IMG/VR virus record: IMGVR_UViG_3300020045_011189
Span: 1 to 31,487 of that record
Strand: one strand, 5' to 3'
Source of the DNA: a virus
Taxonomy: Duplodnaviria; Caudoviricetes
Length of the DNA: 31,487 bases
Within the stretch, counting starts at the first letter, position 1. Each line of letters opens with the position of its first letter. This document shows positions 7,992 through 18,000 of this stretch, one piece after another. The notes under the pieces are model-generated. The model made no database searches. It worked only from the letters and a program-made list of their open reading frames with translations, and was not told the DNA's origin. A program made the translations under genes and the position numbers.

Positions 7992-8441
7992 CTATAAACC
8001 GTATTTTTTATAAATACTATTAACTTCTTTTTTAATAGCTTCATCACTTTTTTCATATGCCCTTTTTGTTTTAGGCATAACCTTTAATTCTTCCTCAGAA
8101 CCAACATTAAAAGATTTATAATCGTCTTTATAGTCAATCTTTCTGTAAGTCAAATTTTTATTAAAGTTCTCAAATAAATAATCATTTAATTCTAAAATTA
8201 AGCCATTGTCTTTTTTAAACCATTCGTTGTTAAATTTTTTCGAGTGAAATAATTCTTTAGCAAATGTTTCCACTTGAAAAGCTATTTTTCTATTGGGTAG
8301 TGGAATAGTATAAATATAACCTATTTTATTTTGAGCAGAAGTATTTATAGTTTTCAATCTTTCATATACAGAAAAAGTTGTAACTCCTATTTTTACTGCT
8401 GATTTTGTACAAAACAAATATAAAATACCTGTATTATTCAT
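7992..8441 (-). CDS. GIY-YIG superfamily T5orf172/MUG113-domain protein
   Basis: GILYLF...VKIGVT..VYERL...E...H...NEWF. Confidence 0.8.
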   Translation of the reverse strand: MNNTGILYLFCTKSAVKIGVTTFSVYERLKTINTSAQNKIGYIYTIPLPNRKIAFQVETFAKELFHSKKFNNEWFKKDNGLILELNDYLFENFNKNLTYRKIDYKDDYKSFNVGSEEELKVMPKTKRAYEKSDEAIKKEVNSIYKKYGL

Positions 8442-8456
8442 TTAATATGGCGTCTT

Positions 8457-8525
8457 TCAAAAAGTATGGAATAAAATATTTTGTAGATTAGGGGAATAAA
8501 GAAGTGCCAATTTCGATATATTCAT
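8457..8525 (-). CDS. putative 22-aa leader peptide
   Basis: MNISKLALLYSPNLQNILFHTF*; its start region is complementary to the upstream structured RNA. Confidence 0.35.
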   Translation of the reverse strand: MNISKLALLYSPNLQNILFHTF

Positions 8526-8538
8526 CTAATCAATTTGT

Positions 8539-8618
8539 AAACCACCTAGCAAAGCTTTATCTGAAAGATAAAACCTTGCTGAATATATCAGGCATTGGCT
8601 AAGCCTTGCTAGATGTTT
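8539..8618 (-). ncRNA. C4/CI-like phage antisense RNA (~80 nt)
   Basis: Outer stem CAUCUAGCAAGGCUU/AAGCUUUGCUAGGUG with G-U pairs on the minus strand; internal GCCAAU and GAUAUAUUCA complementary to 8506-8511 and 8515-8524. Confidence 0.55.
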
Positions 8619-8704
8619 TAGTAAAATAATATTTCTGAAGTGTATTCGTTTGTGTAGAAATATTTTTCACATAGAACTACTAAATACACTATAAAAATAT
8701 TTGC

Positions 8705-8825
8705 GGTAAATATCGGATAGTTGCAATTCTATCCGATACTAAGAAAGGAGGTTTAAACGAAAAATGAATGTTACAATACCTAAAAGTAACCGTGTTATAA
8801 AGAAAATTTGAGAAAACTTTACAAC
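8705..8825 (-). ncRNA. putative sRNA with anti-SD motif CCUCCUUUCUU and 3' hairpin
   Basis: Promoter at 8832-8860, perfect 10-bp stem at 8711-8738. Confidence 0.45.
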
Positions 8826-8831
8826 AAGAGT

Positions 8832-8860
8832 ATTATAATACATTAAATCTAAAATGTAAA
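8832..8860 (-). promoter_or_regulatory. leftward early promoter
   Basis: TTTACA(8860-8855)-17-TATAAT(8837-8832). Confidence 0.7.
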
Positions 8861-8906
8861 GTGATATTTTACTAAATTTTGTAATTTATTATTTTTGAGT
8901 AGTATA

Positions 8907-8977
8907 GTAACATTATTAAAATTTATTTTGTTTTTTAAGTTGGATTACTTGACATTAGTTTGATTTTGGTTTATTAT
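8907..8977 (+). promoter_or_regulatory. rightward promoter with GTAACA box
   Basis: TTGACA(8949-8954)-17-TATTAT(8972-8977); GTAACA at 8907. Confidence 0.75.
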
Positions 8978-9006
8978 GTGGATAGAAAAAGATTAAAGGG
9001 GATATA

Positions 9007-9216
9007 ATGGCATGGGTAGCAGTAGACAAAAATGGTGATGAATTTATATACGATGTAATTCCAACAAGAGCAGAAAATAGAAAGTGGTATCCAAGCTTTA
9101 CAGTGTCAGATGGATATGTAAAACTACCAAAAGGTTCAATAAAAAAACTAATAAACATAAAGATAACATGGAAAGATGAACCAGTAGAATTATTAAGAGA
9201 AACAAATGAAAACTAA
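9007..9216 (+). CDS. hypothetical phage protein
   Basis: SD AAGGGGA; MAWVAVDKNGDE...ITWKDEPVEL. Confidence 0.7.
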   Translation: MAWVAVDKNGDEFIYDVIPTRAENRKWYPSFTVSDGYVKLPKGSIKKLINIKITWKDEPVELLRETNEN

Positions 9217-9568
9217 AAACAATTATTCAAAACTAAGAAGTCAAAAAAATAACTTACAAAATAGGCTAAACATAGCTAATAATACTGTTTGCTTACAGAT
9301 CGATGAAATTGAAAGACTTTTAAATGTTTTAGATGGTGAACAAAAAGCAAATCAATCTTTAGTAAATAGAGTTAATTTGGAAGTTGAAGAAAAGCAACTA
9401 GTATTTAAAAAGTTAGCTGATGTAACTAAAGAAAAAAATGATTATTATGATTGGTGTATTGAAGAAATTAAGAAAAAAAATAAGACTGAAAATAAGTTGA
9501 TTATTGGATTAACTATTTCCGTGTTTGTGATTACTGGTCTTGTTGCTACTGTAATTAAAGGATTTTAA
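9206..9568 (+). CDS. coiled-coil protein with C-terminal membrane anchor
   Basis: Heptad-rich body, hydrophobic LIIGLTISVFVITGLVATVI. Confidence 0.65.
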   Translation: MKTKNNYSKLRSQKNNLQNRLNIANNTVCLQIDEIERLLNVLDGEQKANQSLVNRVNLEVEEKQLVFKKLADVTKEKNDYYDWCIEEIKKKNKTENKLIIGLTISVFVITGLVATVIKGF

Positions 9569-9943
9569 ATGAATGAGTTTATAGTTTGGGACAAAAGATA
9601 TAGAGTTTTCAGAAAATTATTAAAAATTGATTTTGAATTAGGTTTATATTTTTGCATTGATACCGTAGTACCTTTTGAAAAAGGGGAGTTAGTAAAAGAT
9701 ATTGGAATAAAAGACATAAATGGAAAAAGTATTTATGCTAATAGTTCTATTGTTGAGTTTGAATGGGGTCAAGATAGGCATAACATTATTGGATACTTTG
9801 CTTTTAATAAAGAGTATTTATCTTATGAAATAATAATGCTAAATACTCAAAAAGGAAAATCAATGTGTTATGCTCCACATAATTGTTTCAATCTTAAAAT
9901 CATAGATACTATTCAAGAAAACAAATTAGGATTAATTAAATGA
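9569..9943 (+). CDS. yopX: YopX family protein
   Basis: F.VWDK, GIKDINGKSIY, KIIDTIQEN motifs. Confidence 0.75.
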   Translation: MNEFIVWDKRYRVFRKLLKIDFELGLYFCIDTVVPFEKGELVKDIGIKDINGKSIYANSSIVEFEWGQDRHNIIGYFAFNKEYLSYEIIMLNTQKGKSMCYAPHNCFNLKIIDTIQENKLGLIK

Positions 9944-10086
9944 AAACATCGTTTATTATATTAATAATGAGTATAATATTAGCTGCTGTATCTATTATTC
10001 AATGTAATAAATTTATTATGTTAATAAGTATAATATGGCTATGTATTGCACTTATTAAAGAAGAAATAGAAAGAAGAGTAAAATGA
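9940..10086 (+). CDS. 48-aa two-TM membrane protein (not in ORF track)
   Basis: MKTSFIILIMSIILAAVSIIQCNKFIMLISIIWLCIALIKEEIERRVK*, overlapping both neighbours. Confidence 0.6.
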   Translation: MKTSFIILIMSIILAAVSIIQCNKFIMLISIIWLCIALIKEEIERRVK

Positions 10087-10409
10087 AAGCAAAAAGAAAA
10101 AACATTAAAAAGAAAAAACTTGATGTTTGGTTGAAATGTGGGGAGTTGGAAAAATATTTATCGCTTAAAAAAAGATTGGTTAATAAGACAATTTATATGC
10201 CAAATAAAAAATTTGACATGGCTTGTACAAGTGGTATTTATATGAGTAATTGTAAGTTAATTATTACCAGATATTGGTTTTCATTTGGGTATCAAAATAA
10301 AAATAATGTTTTTAAAAACTCTATCTTTTTAGGAAATTATAGAAATGAACATGATATTTATATTAGCAACTATAAAGACAGACAAAAGTTTAAAAACAAA
10401 GGATTATAA
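10083..10409 (+). CDS. hypothetical basic protein
   Basis: 108-aa ORF, ATGA overlap. Confidence 0.55.
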   Translation: MKAKRKNIKKKKLDVWLKCGELEKYLSLKKRLVNKTIYMPNKKFDMACTSGIYMSNCKLIITRYWFSFGYQNKNNVFKNSIFLGNYRNEHDIYISNYKDRQKFKNKGL

Positions 10410-10410
10410 A

Positions 10411-10533
10411 ATGGCATATTTAGTAATTAACAACAAAATAAAATTTAATATCAGTAACTTAAATGCTAAAGAGCTTTTAAAAGTTACTGAGGTATTAAAA
10501 GATTATGATTTAAGGCTATTAAGATTTAGTTAA
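10411..10533 (+). CDS. hypothetical 40-aa protein
   Basis: SD AAGGA places start at 10411 (MAYLVINN...). Confidence 0.5.
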   Translation: MAYLVINNKIKFNISNLNAKELLKVTEVLKDYDLRLLRFS

Positions 10534-10544
10534 TAGCCTTAAAT
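10508..10544. terminator. bidirectional terminator between convergent operons
   Basis: Perfect 15-bp inverted repeat ATTTAAGGCTATTAA/TTAATAGCCTTAAAT. Confidence 0.75.
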
Positions 10545-11090
10545 ATAATCTGCCCTTGAATGCCATCCGTTCTTATAGATTTTAAATCTTTCTTTATCTT
10601 CTATAAGTTCGTTGTAGTATTCTTTTTCTTCTAGGTCAAATAACTTATCAAATAAAGACTCATCAAAGGCATTTAAAGCATTAATTGTTTGTTGTCCTAT
10701 GATTCCATCTATTGTTATACCTAATGTTTCTTGCAACACTTTAATAGCTGGTTTTATATTTACATTGTAAGTAAAACATAAAAGCTCTAATTGTTTATGT
10801 TCGCTAGTAACTAAATCGAGTTTCATTTTGTCCCAAAACTGTTTTTTAATAAACTCTTCTACTTTTATGTTTAAATCTGAAACATTTGATAAAATTACAC
10901 TACATTTTTCTAAATCAGGCTCTAATTCTAAATAAGCTTTTATTGTTTTCCATCCACTCCAATTAGGGTGAGCTTTTTCATATATTCCAAAGTATGTAAG
11001 CCCATTTTCTGTTGGATTTTTATGTAATAGTTTTTTATTATCATTTGAAAATTCAACTGCTTTTATTAATTCTAATGCTTTTGTAGTCAT
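10539..11090 (-). CDS. endolysin, glycoside hydrolase family 108 with peptidoglycan-binding domain
   Basis: ENGLTYFGI, LQ..LG...DGIIG..T, GW..R. Confidence 0.85.
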   Translation of the reverse strand: MTTKALELIKAVEFSNDNKKLLHKNPTENGLTYFGIYEKAHPNWSGWKTIKAYLELEPDLEKCSVILSNVSDLNIKVEEFIKKQFWDKMKLDLVTSEHKQLELLCFTYNVNIKPAIKVLQETLGITIDGIIGQQTINALNAFDESLFDKLFDLEEKEYYNELIEDKERFKIYKNGWHSRADYI

Positions 11091-11105
11091 TTATTTATCC
11101 TTTTT

Positions 11106-11612
11106 TTATTTTTTCCAAACTGATGTTCCAGTTCTTTTTTCATAAGTTCTTAATACAAAATATCCATTTACTGCAGTTAAACATAAAATAGTAAATAATT
11201 CAACCCAAACTTCTTTAATTGTGAAACTTCCAACATTACCATCAATGATTGCTAAAATAGTAACTACAACGATTAAATATGCAGTTAATACTGGTCTTAA
11301 TAGTTTAGCAAATCTACTATCACCTTTATTGTCGCTATCCCATCTTTGACTAATATTATTTTCTTGATTTTGTTCATTTTCATAATCAAGTCTTTTATTT
11401 GTAATTTGAGATTCTGTTTCTAATTTTATCTTTTCAAAATCAATTTTCATAATCTCAATTTGACTATCTAAAATCTTTTGTTTATCTTCATTTGTTAATT
11501 CTTCTTTAGATAAATCTACCCCAGTTAGTTTTTCAATACCTTTGACTACTAATTTTTCTCCGTAGTCATCTATTAGCTTTCCTATAAATGGAATATCAGA
11601 TAATATACTCAT
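11106..11612 (-). CDS. holin (GTA 3TM-holin-like)
   Basis: RW.SD...S...LRP, TM helices, YF..RT.EK; adjacent to lysin. Confidence 0.75.
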   Translation of the reverse strand: MSILSDIPFIGKLIDDYGEKLVVKGIEKLTGVDLSKEELTNEDKQKILDSQIEIMKIDFEKIKLETESQITNKRLDYENEQNQENNISQRWDSDNKGDSRFAKLLRPVLTAYLIVVVTILAIIDGNVGSFTIKEVWVELFTILCLTAVNGYFVLRTYEKRTGTSVWKK

Positions 11613-12073
11613 TAATTTACTCCTAATGATTGTAATTTACTAATTAAGTTTAATATCCACATAATTAAACCACCAAATGTTACAATAGCTAATATAATTC
11701 CAGAACCAATATAGAAAAATTTAAAACCTTGTTTAATAGCTTTATTATTTTGTTCTAGTTGAGTTTGAAATATCTTCATTTCATCTTTTGTTATATATTT
11801 TTCACTAATCTTTTCTTCTAATTTTTTAGTTTCTGATTGTGATTTTTCAAACATTTTAAGAATATCGTCATATTTTTGCATTTCATTATTGTCGTGATTT
11901 TTAAATGTTTCAATAAATGTGCTTAGTTTGTCAATAATTAATTTAACAGAAGTGTTTAATTCACTAACTGTTAAATTTGTACCATCTATTTTATTATAAA
12001 TATCTTTTTCTGATTTTCTTAGTGTATCAGCTAACTTGTCTATATCATTTTTTAAATTATCTATATCAGCCAT
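11612..12073 (-). CDS. coiled-coil membrane protein of lysis module
   Basis: Start MADIDN at 12073 after AGGA; C-terminal TM. Confidence 0.6.
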   Translation of the reverse strand: MADIDNLKNDIDKLADTLRKSEKDIYNKIDGTNLTVSELNTSVKLIIDKLSTFIETFKNHDNNEMQKYDDILKMFEKSQSETKKLEEKISEKYITKDEMKIFQTQLEQNNKAIKQGFKFFYIGSGIILAIVTFGGLIMWILNLISKLQSLGVN

Positions 12074-12081
12074 TAATATTC

Positions 12082-13686
12082 CTATAATGCACTTATGATA
12101 AAACAAAGTAGTTCATCATATCTAATTCCATATCTATTACCAGCTTTTTGAACTAGTACTTTTTCTACTTCCATAGTTTCTATTGTATTGCATTCTTCGT
12201 CTATTACAGCTTCTTTAATTACTTTAGTTTCATACTCATCTTCCCACTCATCATAGCAAAGCAATGCATAATCAAAAGCATTTAATCCATATTTTTCAAA
12301 CACTTCTTTTACAGATTGAGCTGATGTACCAAAATGTATTCTTGCTTTATCAAAACCTTTCTCTTCAATAGAGTCATTGAATTTAAATTTCTTCATTAAA
12401 GATTTTAATTCTTTAGCAATTAAAGTTTCTTTTTCGTCAATGTCTAAATAAGTTTTTAATCTATCATCAGATGTATTGATTGTTCCAGTTCCAGCATATA
12501 CAGTAGACCATCTTCTTGCAGCTGCTCCTAGAGTTACATTATTATCTGTGTTAGCAGAGAATGTACTAAATACTCTTAATTCATTTGTACCAGTAGGCAT
12601 TGCTAATGCATAAAGTGTACTTCCATTATTCATAACCGAATAATCGTATGTTGTTCCAGTTATAGCTCTACTTAATAATCCGGCTGCTGTACTTTTTGAA
12701 ATACTACCATTTCCAGCCAATGAACCAGTATAAGAAACTCCGCCACAGCTAACAGCACCGTTAAATATATTAGTTCCCGATTCGCCACTAGCTTGTGAAA
12801 TTGCTTTAACAGTAACCTCGCCTCCGAATCTCGATGGAGTGTTTCCTTGTGCATAAACTGCATAGTTATTTGTTCCGTTTACTAACTCAGGAATAAACAG
12901 ACCATAGTTGTTTACTACTGTACCACCCTCTTTTGCAATATCGGCTAGATAGCTACCATATCTATTAGTTATAGTACCTTGTTTTATTGTTGGTACATCT
13001 ACATATCCATATAGTATAGATAATGTACCAGTAGAGTTATATTCTAGTCCATTTTGAAATGGAGCAAAATGATTATAGTTGTTTGAGCCATTAACCGTTA
13101 TTCTGCAATCATAACTATTGTATGCAATATTTCCACTTCTTGTTATATTTGCACTATCTGAATAACAATGTGCATTTCCAGTATCTGAATCATCTACATT
13201 TCTAGTAACTGCCACTACGGAATCACTAGACCTAATTTCATTGTCATTATTACCAATTATAATATTTTGATTATCAGGGTTAAAAAATTTATAATCTAGT
13301 ATACTTCCATATAACCTCTTCCATCTTCCAGTAGTTACGCCAGTTGCTTGAATAATAGTACCGCCATTATCTGTTTCAGTTGAAGTTGAGTCCCAGTAAA
13401 AAGTTCCGCCTCCACCATCACCTTTTGTGTAGTAGCCTAATACATCAACTCTTCCCATATCTGAATTAAGCTTTAGCTGTGCTATATTATCAAAAGTAAT
13501 AACATTAATTGCATTTAAAGCAATATTATTTACATATTCTATTGCTTCATTCATTTTTGTAATTGAAGTATTTGCACTAGATATTACATTTGTACTTTCA
13601 AATAACCAAGTATTCATTAAAGTAAAATAGCCTACTTGTCCGTTTTGTGGAGTAACACTCCAATTTGTAATTAATGGTATTGCCAT
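12082..13686 (-). CDS. tail fibre/tailspike with C-terminal peptidase S74 intramolecular chaperone
   Basis: GYY..GDGGGG.FYWD domain, G/T/N-rich beta region, TSDDRLK...ARIHFG..AQ...YGIRYDELLCFI. Confidence 0.85.
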   Translation of the reverse strand: MAIPLITNWSVTPQNGQVGYFTLMNTWLFESTNVISSANTSITKMNEAIEYVNNIALNAINVITFDNIAQLKLNSDMGRVDVLGYYTKGDGGGGTFYWDSTSTETDNGGTIIQATGVTTGRWKRLYGSILDYKFFNPDNQNIIIGNNDNEIRSSDSVVAVTRNVDDSDTGNAHCYSDSANITRSGNIAYNSYDCRITVNGSNNYNHFAPFQNGLEYNSTGTLSILYGYVDVPTIKQGTITNRYGSYLADIAKEGGTVVNNYGLFIPELVNGTNNYAVYAQGNTPSRFGGEVTVKAISQASGESGTNIFNGAVSCGGVSYTGSLAGNGSISKSTAAGLLSRAITGTTYDYSVMNNGSTLYALAMPTGTNELRVFSTFSANTDNNVTLGAAARRWSTVYAGTGTINTSDDRLKTYLDIDEKETLIAKELKSLMKKFKFNDSIEEKGFDKARIHFGTSAQSVKEVFEKYGLNAFDYALLCYDEWEDEYETKVIKEAVIDEECNTIETMEVEKVLVQKAGNRYGIRYDELLCFIISAL

Positions 13687-15056
13687 TATAAAAGCTCCCT
13701 TATTTCTAAATTGTATTTGTTTAATTCATCATTAACTACTGCATTAAAGCCATAGCTTCTAATAAAACACCACGATAAAAGGAATGGCAAATCTTCTTTA
13801 TCGTCACTATCACCAGCAATTACAAGTCTTTTACTCATCAATGTTTTCATCAAATCCTTATAATAACTTGTTTGTTCCGATGGATAAACTAATCCTAACC
13901 TTTTACCGTCAAGAGTATTTATAGGACTTGTTTCATCTTGTAAATATATGTCTCCATTCTCTGCCTCAACCAATGGATTATAATTTTTCCCATCGATAGT
14001 TACACTATCTTCAACTTTTCCAAGATAAATAGATGGACCTTGAATTATCTCTCCTACTTCTTGAGAATTACCCAAAAAAGTTAATTCAAACTCTTGATTA
14101 AAATTAGCTGGAATAGTGATAATATGTGATAATTTCATAGATGGTTCATTAAAGCAAAATAATTGAAATGTATTTATCCAATCAGTATTCTCCGTCGTAT
14201 CGATAGTGTATGTATTTGTAAACCCACCAGCAGTTACTATTAGTTCTATGTCTTCACAAACTATGTTAAATATTGCAACTTTATCAATTCCAAAATCAGC
14301 CCATTTAATATAAGTTTGGGTATATAAAGCAACTACAGATATAACTGTTTCAGATACTGTTAATCTGTCAAGTGTAATTGTTAATCTATCGACTGAAATT
14401 AAATCTATTTTATAGACTCCATCATTTAAAGCTGTTCCAACTATTTTTATTTTATCGCCTACATAAATATTTGAAGATAATGCACTTGATAAAGTTATTG
14501 TTCCAGTATTTGAAAATGTAGTAGTTCCAGTAGTTGTAAAATATCTATTGTTTATACTTCTCTTATTTATAACTTCATCAAACATTATATTTCTATTTGT
14601 TCCGTATTTGTATTCCCAAAAAAGAGTATTTTTTTTACCATCAGGATAATTTAATTCAGCTCTGTATAATGGAGTTGGAGTTGCACCTAAATCATTAAAA
14701 TCTGCTGGGGCTAATGGGTCTTGAGTTGTAAAATTTACATATCCGTTCACTTTTGCTTGATAATATTTTTTATTTCTAATTGACCATACTATCGTGCTAG
14801 TTGTACAATATACATTCGTTGGGTCTGGTATTTTAATATCGTTGTATAAATCATATCCAAATTTGTTAGATACATCGGTACTATTCCAAATAAATTGAAC
14901 TGTCGGTGTGATGTCAGTTAATGCTTCATAAACATTATTAGAGTAGATAACTAATTGACCTTTAATATAAGCACTATTTTTATTAAAAGCACTTATATTT
15001 TCAAGAGGAATACTATTAAAAGTTGTATTTATTTTTTTGCTTTCAAAAACTATCAA
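13686..15056 (-). CDS. tail tip/baseplate protein
   Basis: Lies between TMP and fibre; W...GTNR..MFD motif. Confidence 0.6.
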   Translation of the reverse strand: MIVFESKKINTTFNSIPLENISAFNKNSAYIKGQLVIYSNNVYEALTDITPTVQFIWNSTDVSNKFGYDLYNDIKIPDPTNVYCTTSTIVWSIRNKKYYQAKVNGYVNFTTQDPLAPADFNDLGATPTPLYRAELNYPDGKKNTLFWEYKYGTNRNIMFDEVINKRSINNRYFTTTGTTTFSNTGTITLSSALSSNIYVGDKIKIVGTALNDGVYKIDLISVDRLTITLDRLTVSETVISVVALYTQTYIKWADFGIDKVAIFNIVCEDIELIVTAGGFTNTYTIDTTENTDWINTFQLFCFNEPSMKLSHIITIPANFNQEFELTFLGNSQEVGEIIQGPSIYLGKVEDSVTIDGKNYNPLVEAENGDIYLQDETSPINTLDGKRLGLVYPSEQTSYYKDLMKTLMSKRLVIAGDSDDKEDLPFLLSWCFIRSYGFNAVVNDELNKYNLEIRELL

Positions 15057-18000
15057 TTTGTTTGCACCTTTACTCTTTGACTTCCATTAATTACATCATC
15101 TAACATCTCGTATGTTTTTTGTGGATATGTAGATAAATTATTCTTAATTGTAGTTAAAATATCTTTAATTTCTGTTGATAATTCAGAAGATGTTACATAA
15201 TTACTCGTATTATTTACCAAACTCGGAACGGTTGCACTTATTCCAGCTATATTTTCTATTAAAGAAACATTTGAAGCAACTCCTACAATATTAACACTAA
15301 GTATCTGATTTTCAAGATTTAAGCTATTTTGTAAGCCAGCAAGGTTGCTTATTAATTCATTTGTAATCCCAGAACTTGATGCACTATTTCCTTGTATATT
15401 TGTTGCTAAACTATTAACTTCTCCAACTAATTTACTTAATTTGCTTTGTTGGTCTTGCGTTAAATTACCATTTAAAGCTAATAAATTATCTATTTCTTTT
15501 CTTTTCTCCCAAAAAGATTTTATTTGAGATGTTGCACTTTGAGAATCAGAAGTTGAACCAGCTAAAGTTGCTATTGTTTGAGCTACTGAATCACCCAAGC
15601 TTGAAAAAGTATTAATTAAAGATGATAAATTATCTTCTATTTCGCCAATTGTCGTGTTATAGCTATCGCTTATACCTATTAATCTTCCATATGCCTTAGC
15701 ACCAACTTCTGTTGATGTATCTATGCTTTTAATTAAATCAATAAATCCTTGTCTAGTTTTAGGCATAGTATAACCAGCTTTTACAAACTCTTCAGATAGA
15801 TTTTCTAATTGAATATTTAATCTTTCATTGTCGGATAAAAAGTTTTCCATATATGACTTTGTACCTGATTCTAAAGCTGATATGCTTCCAGCTCCTAAAA
15901 TCATTGAACTTGATAAATTACTTGCACTTTGATTAGTGACTTCAAGAATATCTCTAATATTTCCAAAAGTTAAATATGTATTGTAAAGCTCCTCGGTAGT
16001 CAAATTAAGATTATCTATCATTTTAACTACACCATTATTTAATCCGTATGTAGCTTCATCTGCTTTGATAATAGATTGAGCTAATGCTTCGAATCCTACT
16101 GTACCTTGTTTGTTGATAATATCTGTATATTTAACTGTGCTTGTGCCTAATCTATCAATATAAAACTTTGACTCTTCCATTCCAGTCGCAACTCTTGTAA
16201 GAGTTTCAAATAATCCCTCGCCTACTTGTTGAAAGCCAGTTAAATTTGGAATTGTTGCACTTGCTAAATCATCTCCAACTTTTGAAAAAATATTAGTCAG
16301 TAGTTCTTGTATTTGTTCGCCGGTTTTATCTTTTAATGATAATTTTCCAATAGAAACAACAAAATTATTTAAACTATTATTTAAATTTGCCGATGATAAA
16401 TCTAGTGCCTTTCCTGATTCTTGAACTGTATTATATAAATTTGCCAATACTAAAGAAAATTGATTATTTACATTTTTATCCAATGCTAAAAAAGATGTAT
16501 TTAATGATGTACTTGTTGAGCTGCTAAACCAAGACTTTTTACTTACGGTTGTAGCTATTGTTTGATACGCACTTCCATCTAATTGTGTTATTGCATTTTT
16601 TAAATAAGCATCTGCAAAAGTAATTCCAGAATCTTTTAAACTTTGAGATACTGATGTTTTTCCAAATATTCCACCAAGTGCTGAATTGATTATATTCCCA
16701 AACAATCCATTTATCTGACCTATAACTGGGATTTTCGAAAGAATAGGTTCTATTGGATTGACTACTGAATTTATTAATGAATTTGAAGATATATTGTTTT
16801 TAAATCCAGTATTAAAACCACCACTATAATTAGTTCCCAGAGCAGTAGCTGAATTTTGAACTAATATTGAAGATACTCCACCTATTGAAGTAGCAATATT
16901 TTTTAAATAATTGTTCATACTTTGTAAAGTTTGGAATTGTGGTTGTGCAAAATCTTCTAAAGTATTTAAAGCATTTGTAATTGACTCACTTGCTTTTTTG
17001 CTATCTCCTAATGATGAACCAGTTCCAGTATTTGCAACTTGAGCAGAAAAAGCATCGCTAGAAGTCGAACTTTTATTCATTCCAAAAGCTACACCGATAT
17101 TACCTAATAGAGAAGATACCATTGCACCCATTGCTATCATTCTAGGTATTGCAGTATATGGGTCTCCAGTTCCAGCAGTTAAAATTGCTCTTGTACCTTC
17201 AACCAATGCGAGTGATGTTTGAGCAACTTGAAAAGATGCAGCTTCTTTACTTCCCGTTTCATATAGTGAACCAATAGCACCAGTCATATTTATATAACCA
17301 TTTATTTGGTCTTTTCTAAACATTTCCTCGTTTTGTGCTTCTTCTTCTGAACCTTTTTTTATTTTTGCACGATTATCTTCATATTTTTTAGTAGCTTTTT
17401 GTAATTCATCAAAAGACTTAGTTATTCTTTGAACTGATTTATCATCACCGATAATATCTAATTCGATAGTATTTGAAAAGTCTAATTTTTCTTTTGTTTT
17501 GTCGATTTCATCTTGCCATTTTTTATAGAACTCCATCATTTTTTCATCATCAAATAACGGATTATCTTTTATGGCTTCAAACATTTCTAAATACTTATTA
17601 TTTATAGTATCTATTTCATTTGTTGCAACTGATAAAGCTTGATTAATTAAATCTTGTTTTTCTTTTTGCTTATCAAGTGTTCCGTTAGCTTTATCGACTG
17701 ATTCTTGCCAACTTGCATTAAATGCGTTTAATTGCTCAGGATTAAATGTATTTTTTATAACCTCGTACATTTCCATATATTTAGCATTTATTTTATCTAC
17801 TTCACTTGTAGCTAATTCAGTAGCTTCTTTTGTTAAATCTTTTATCCTATCTTGTGCATCTTTTACAGCTTTTTCTTTGTCGCTTTCTGCTTTTTTTCTT
17901 TTTTCTACTGCATCTTTATCAAGATTTGCTATTTCTTCATTCATTTTAGAAGTAATTAAAGCCATATTTTCAGCTGTTGCTTTTCCTGATTCTGTTAAAT

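Noticed and set aside
8812-8824. GAAAACTTTACAA also found at 2657-2645 on the minus strand
   Set aside because: A 13-bp AT-rich match with only two copies is compatible with chance.
8441-9006. CRISPR mini-array or tRNA in the long intergenic region
   Set aside because: Only inverted repeats; no regularly spaced direct repeats and no tRNA T-loop/D-loop consensus.
12082-13686. Diversity-generating retroelement or invertible tail-fibre cassette
   Set aside because: No reverse transcriptase, invertase or template repeat seen in the window.
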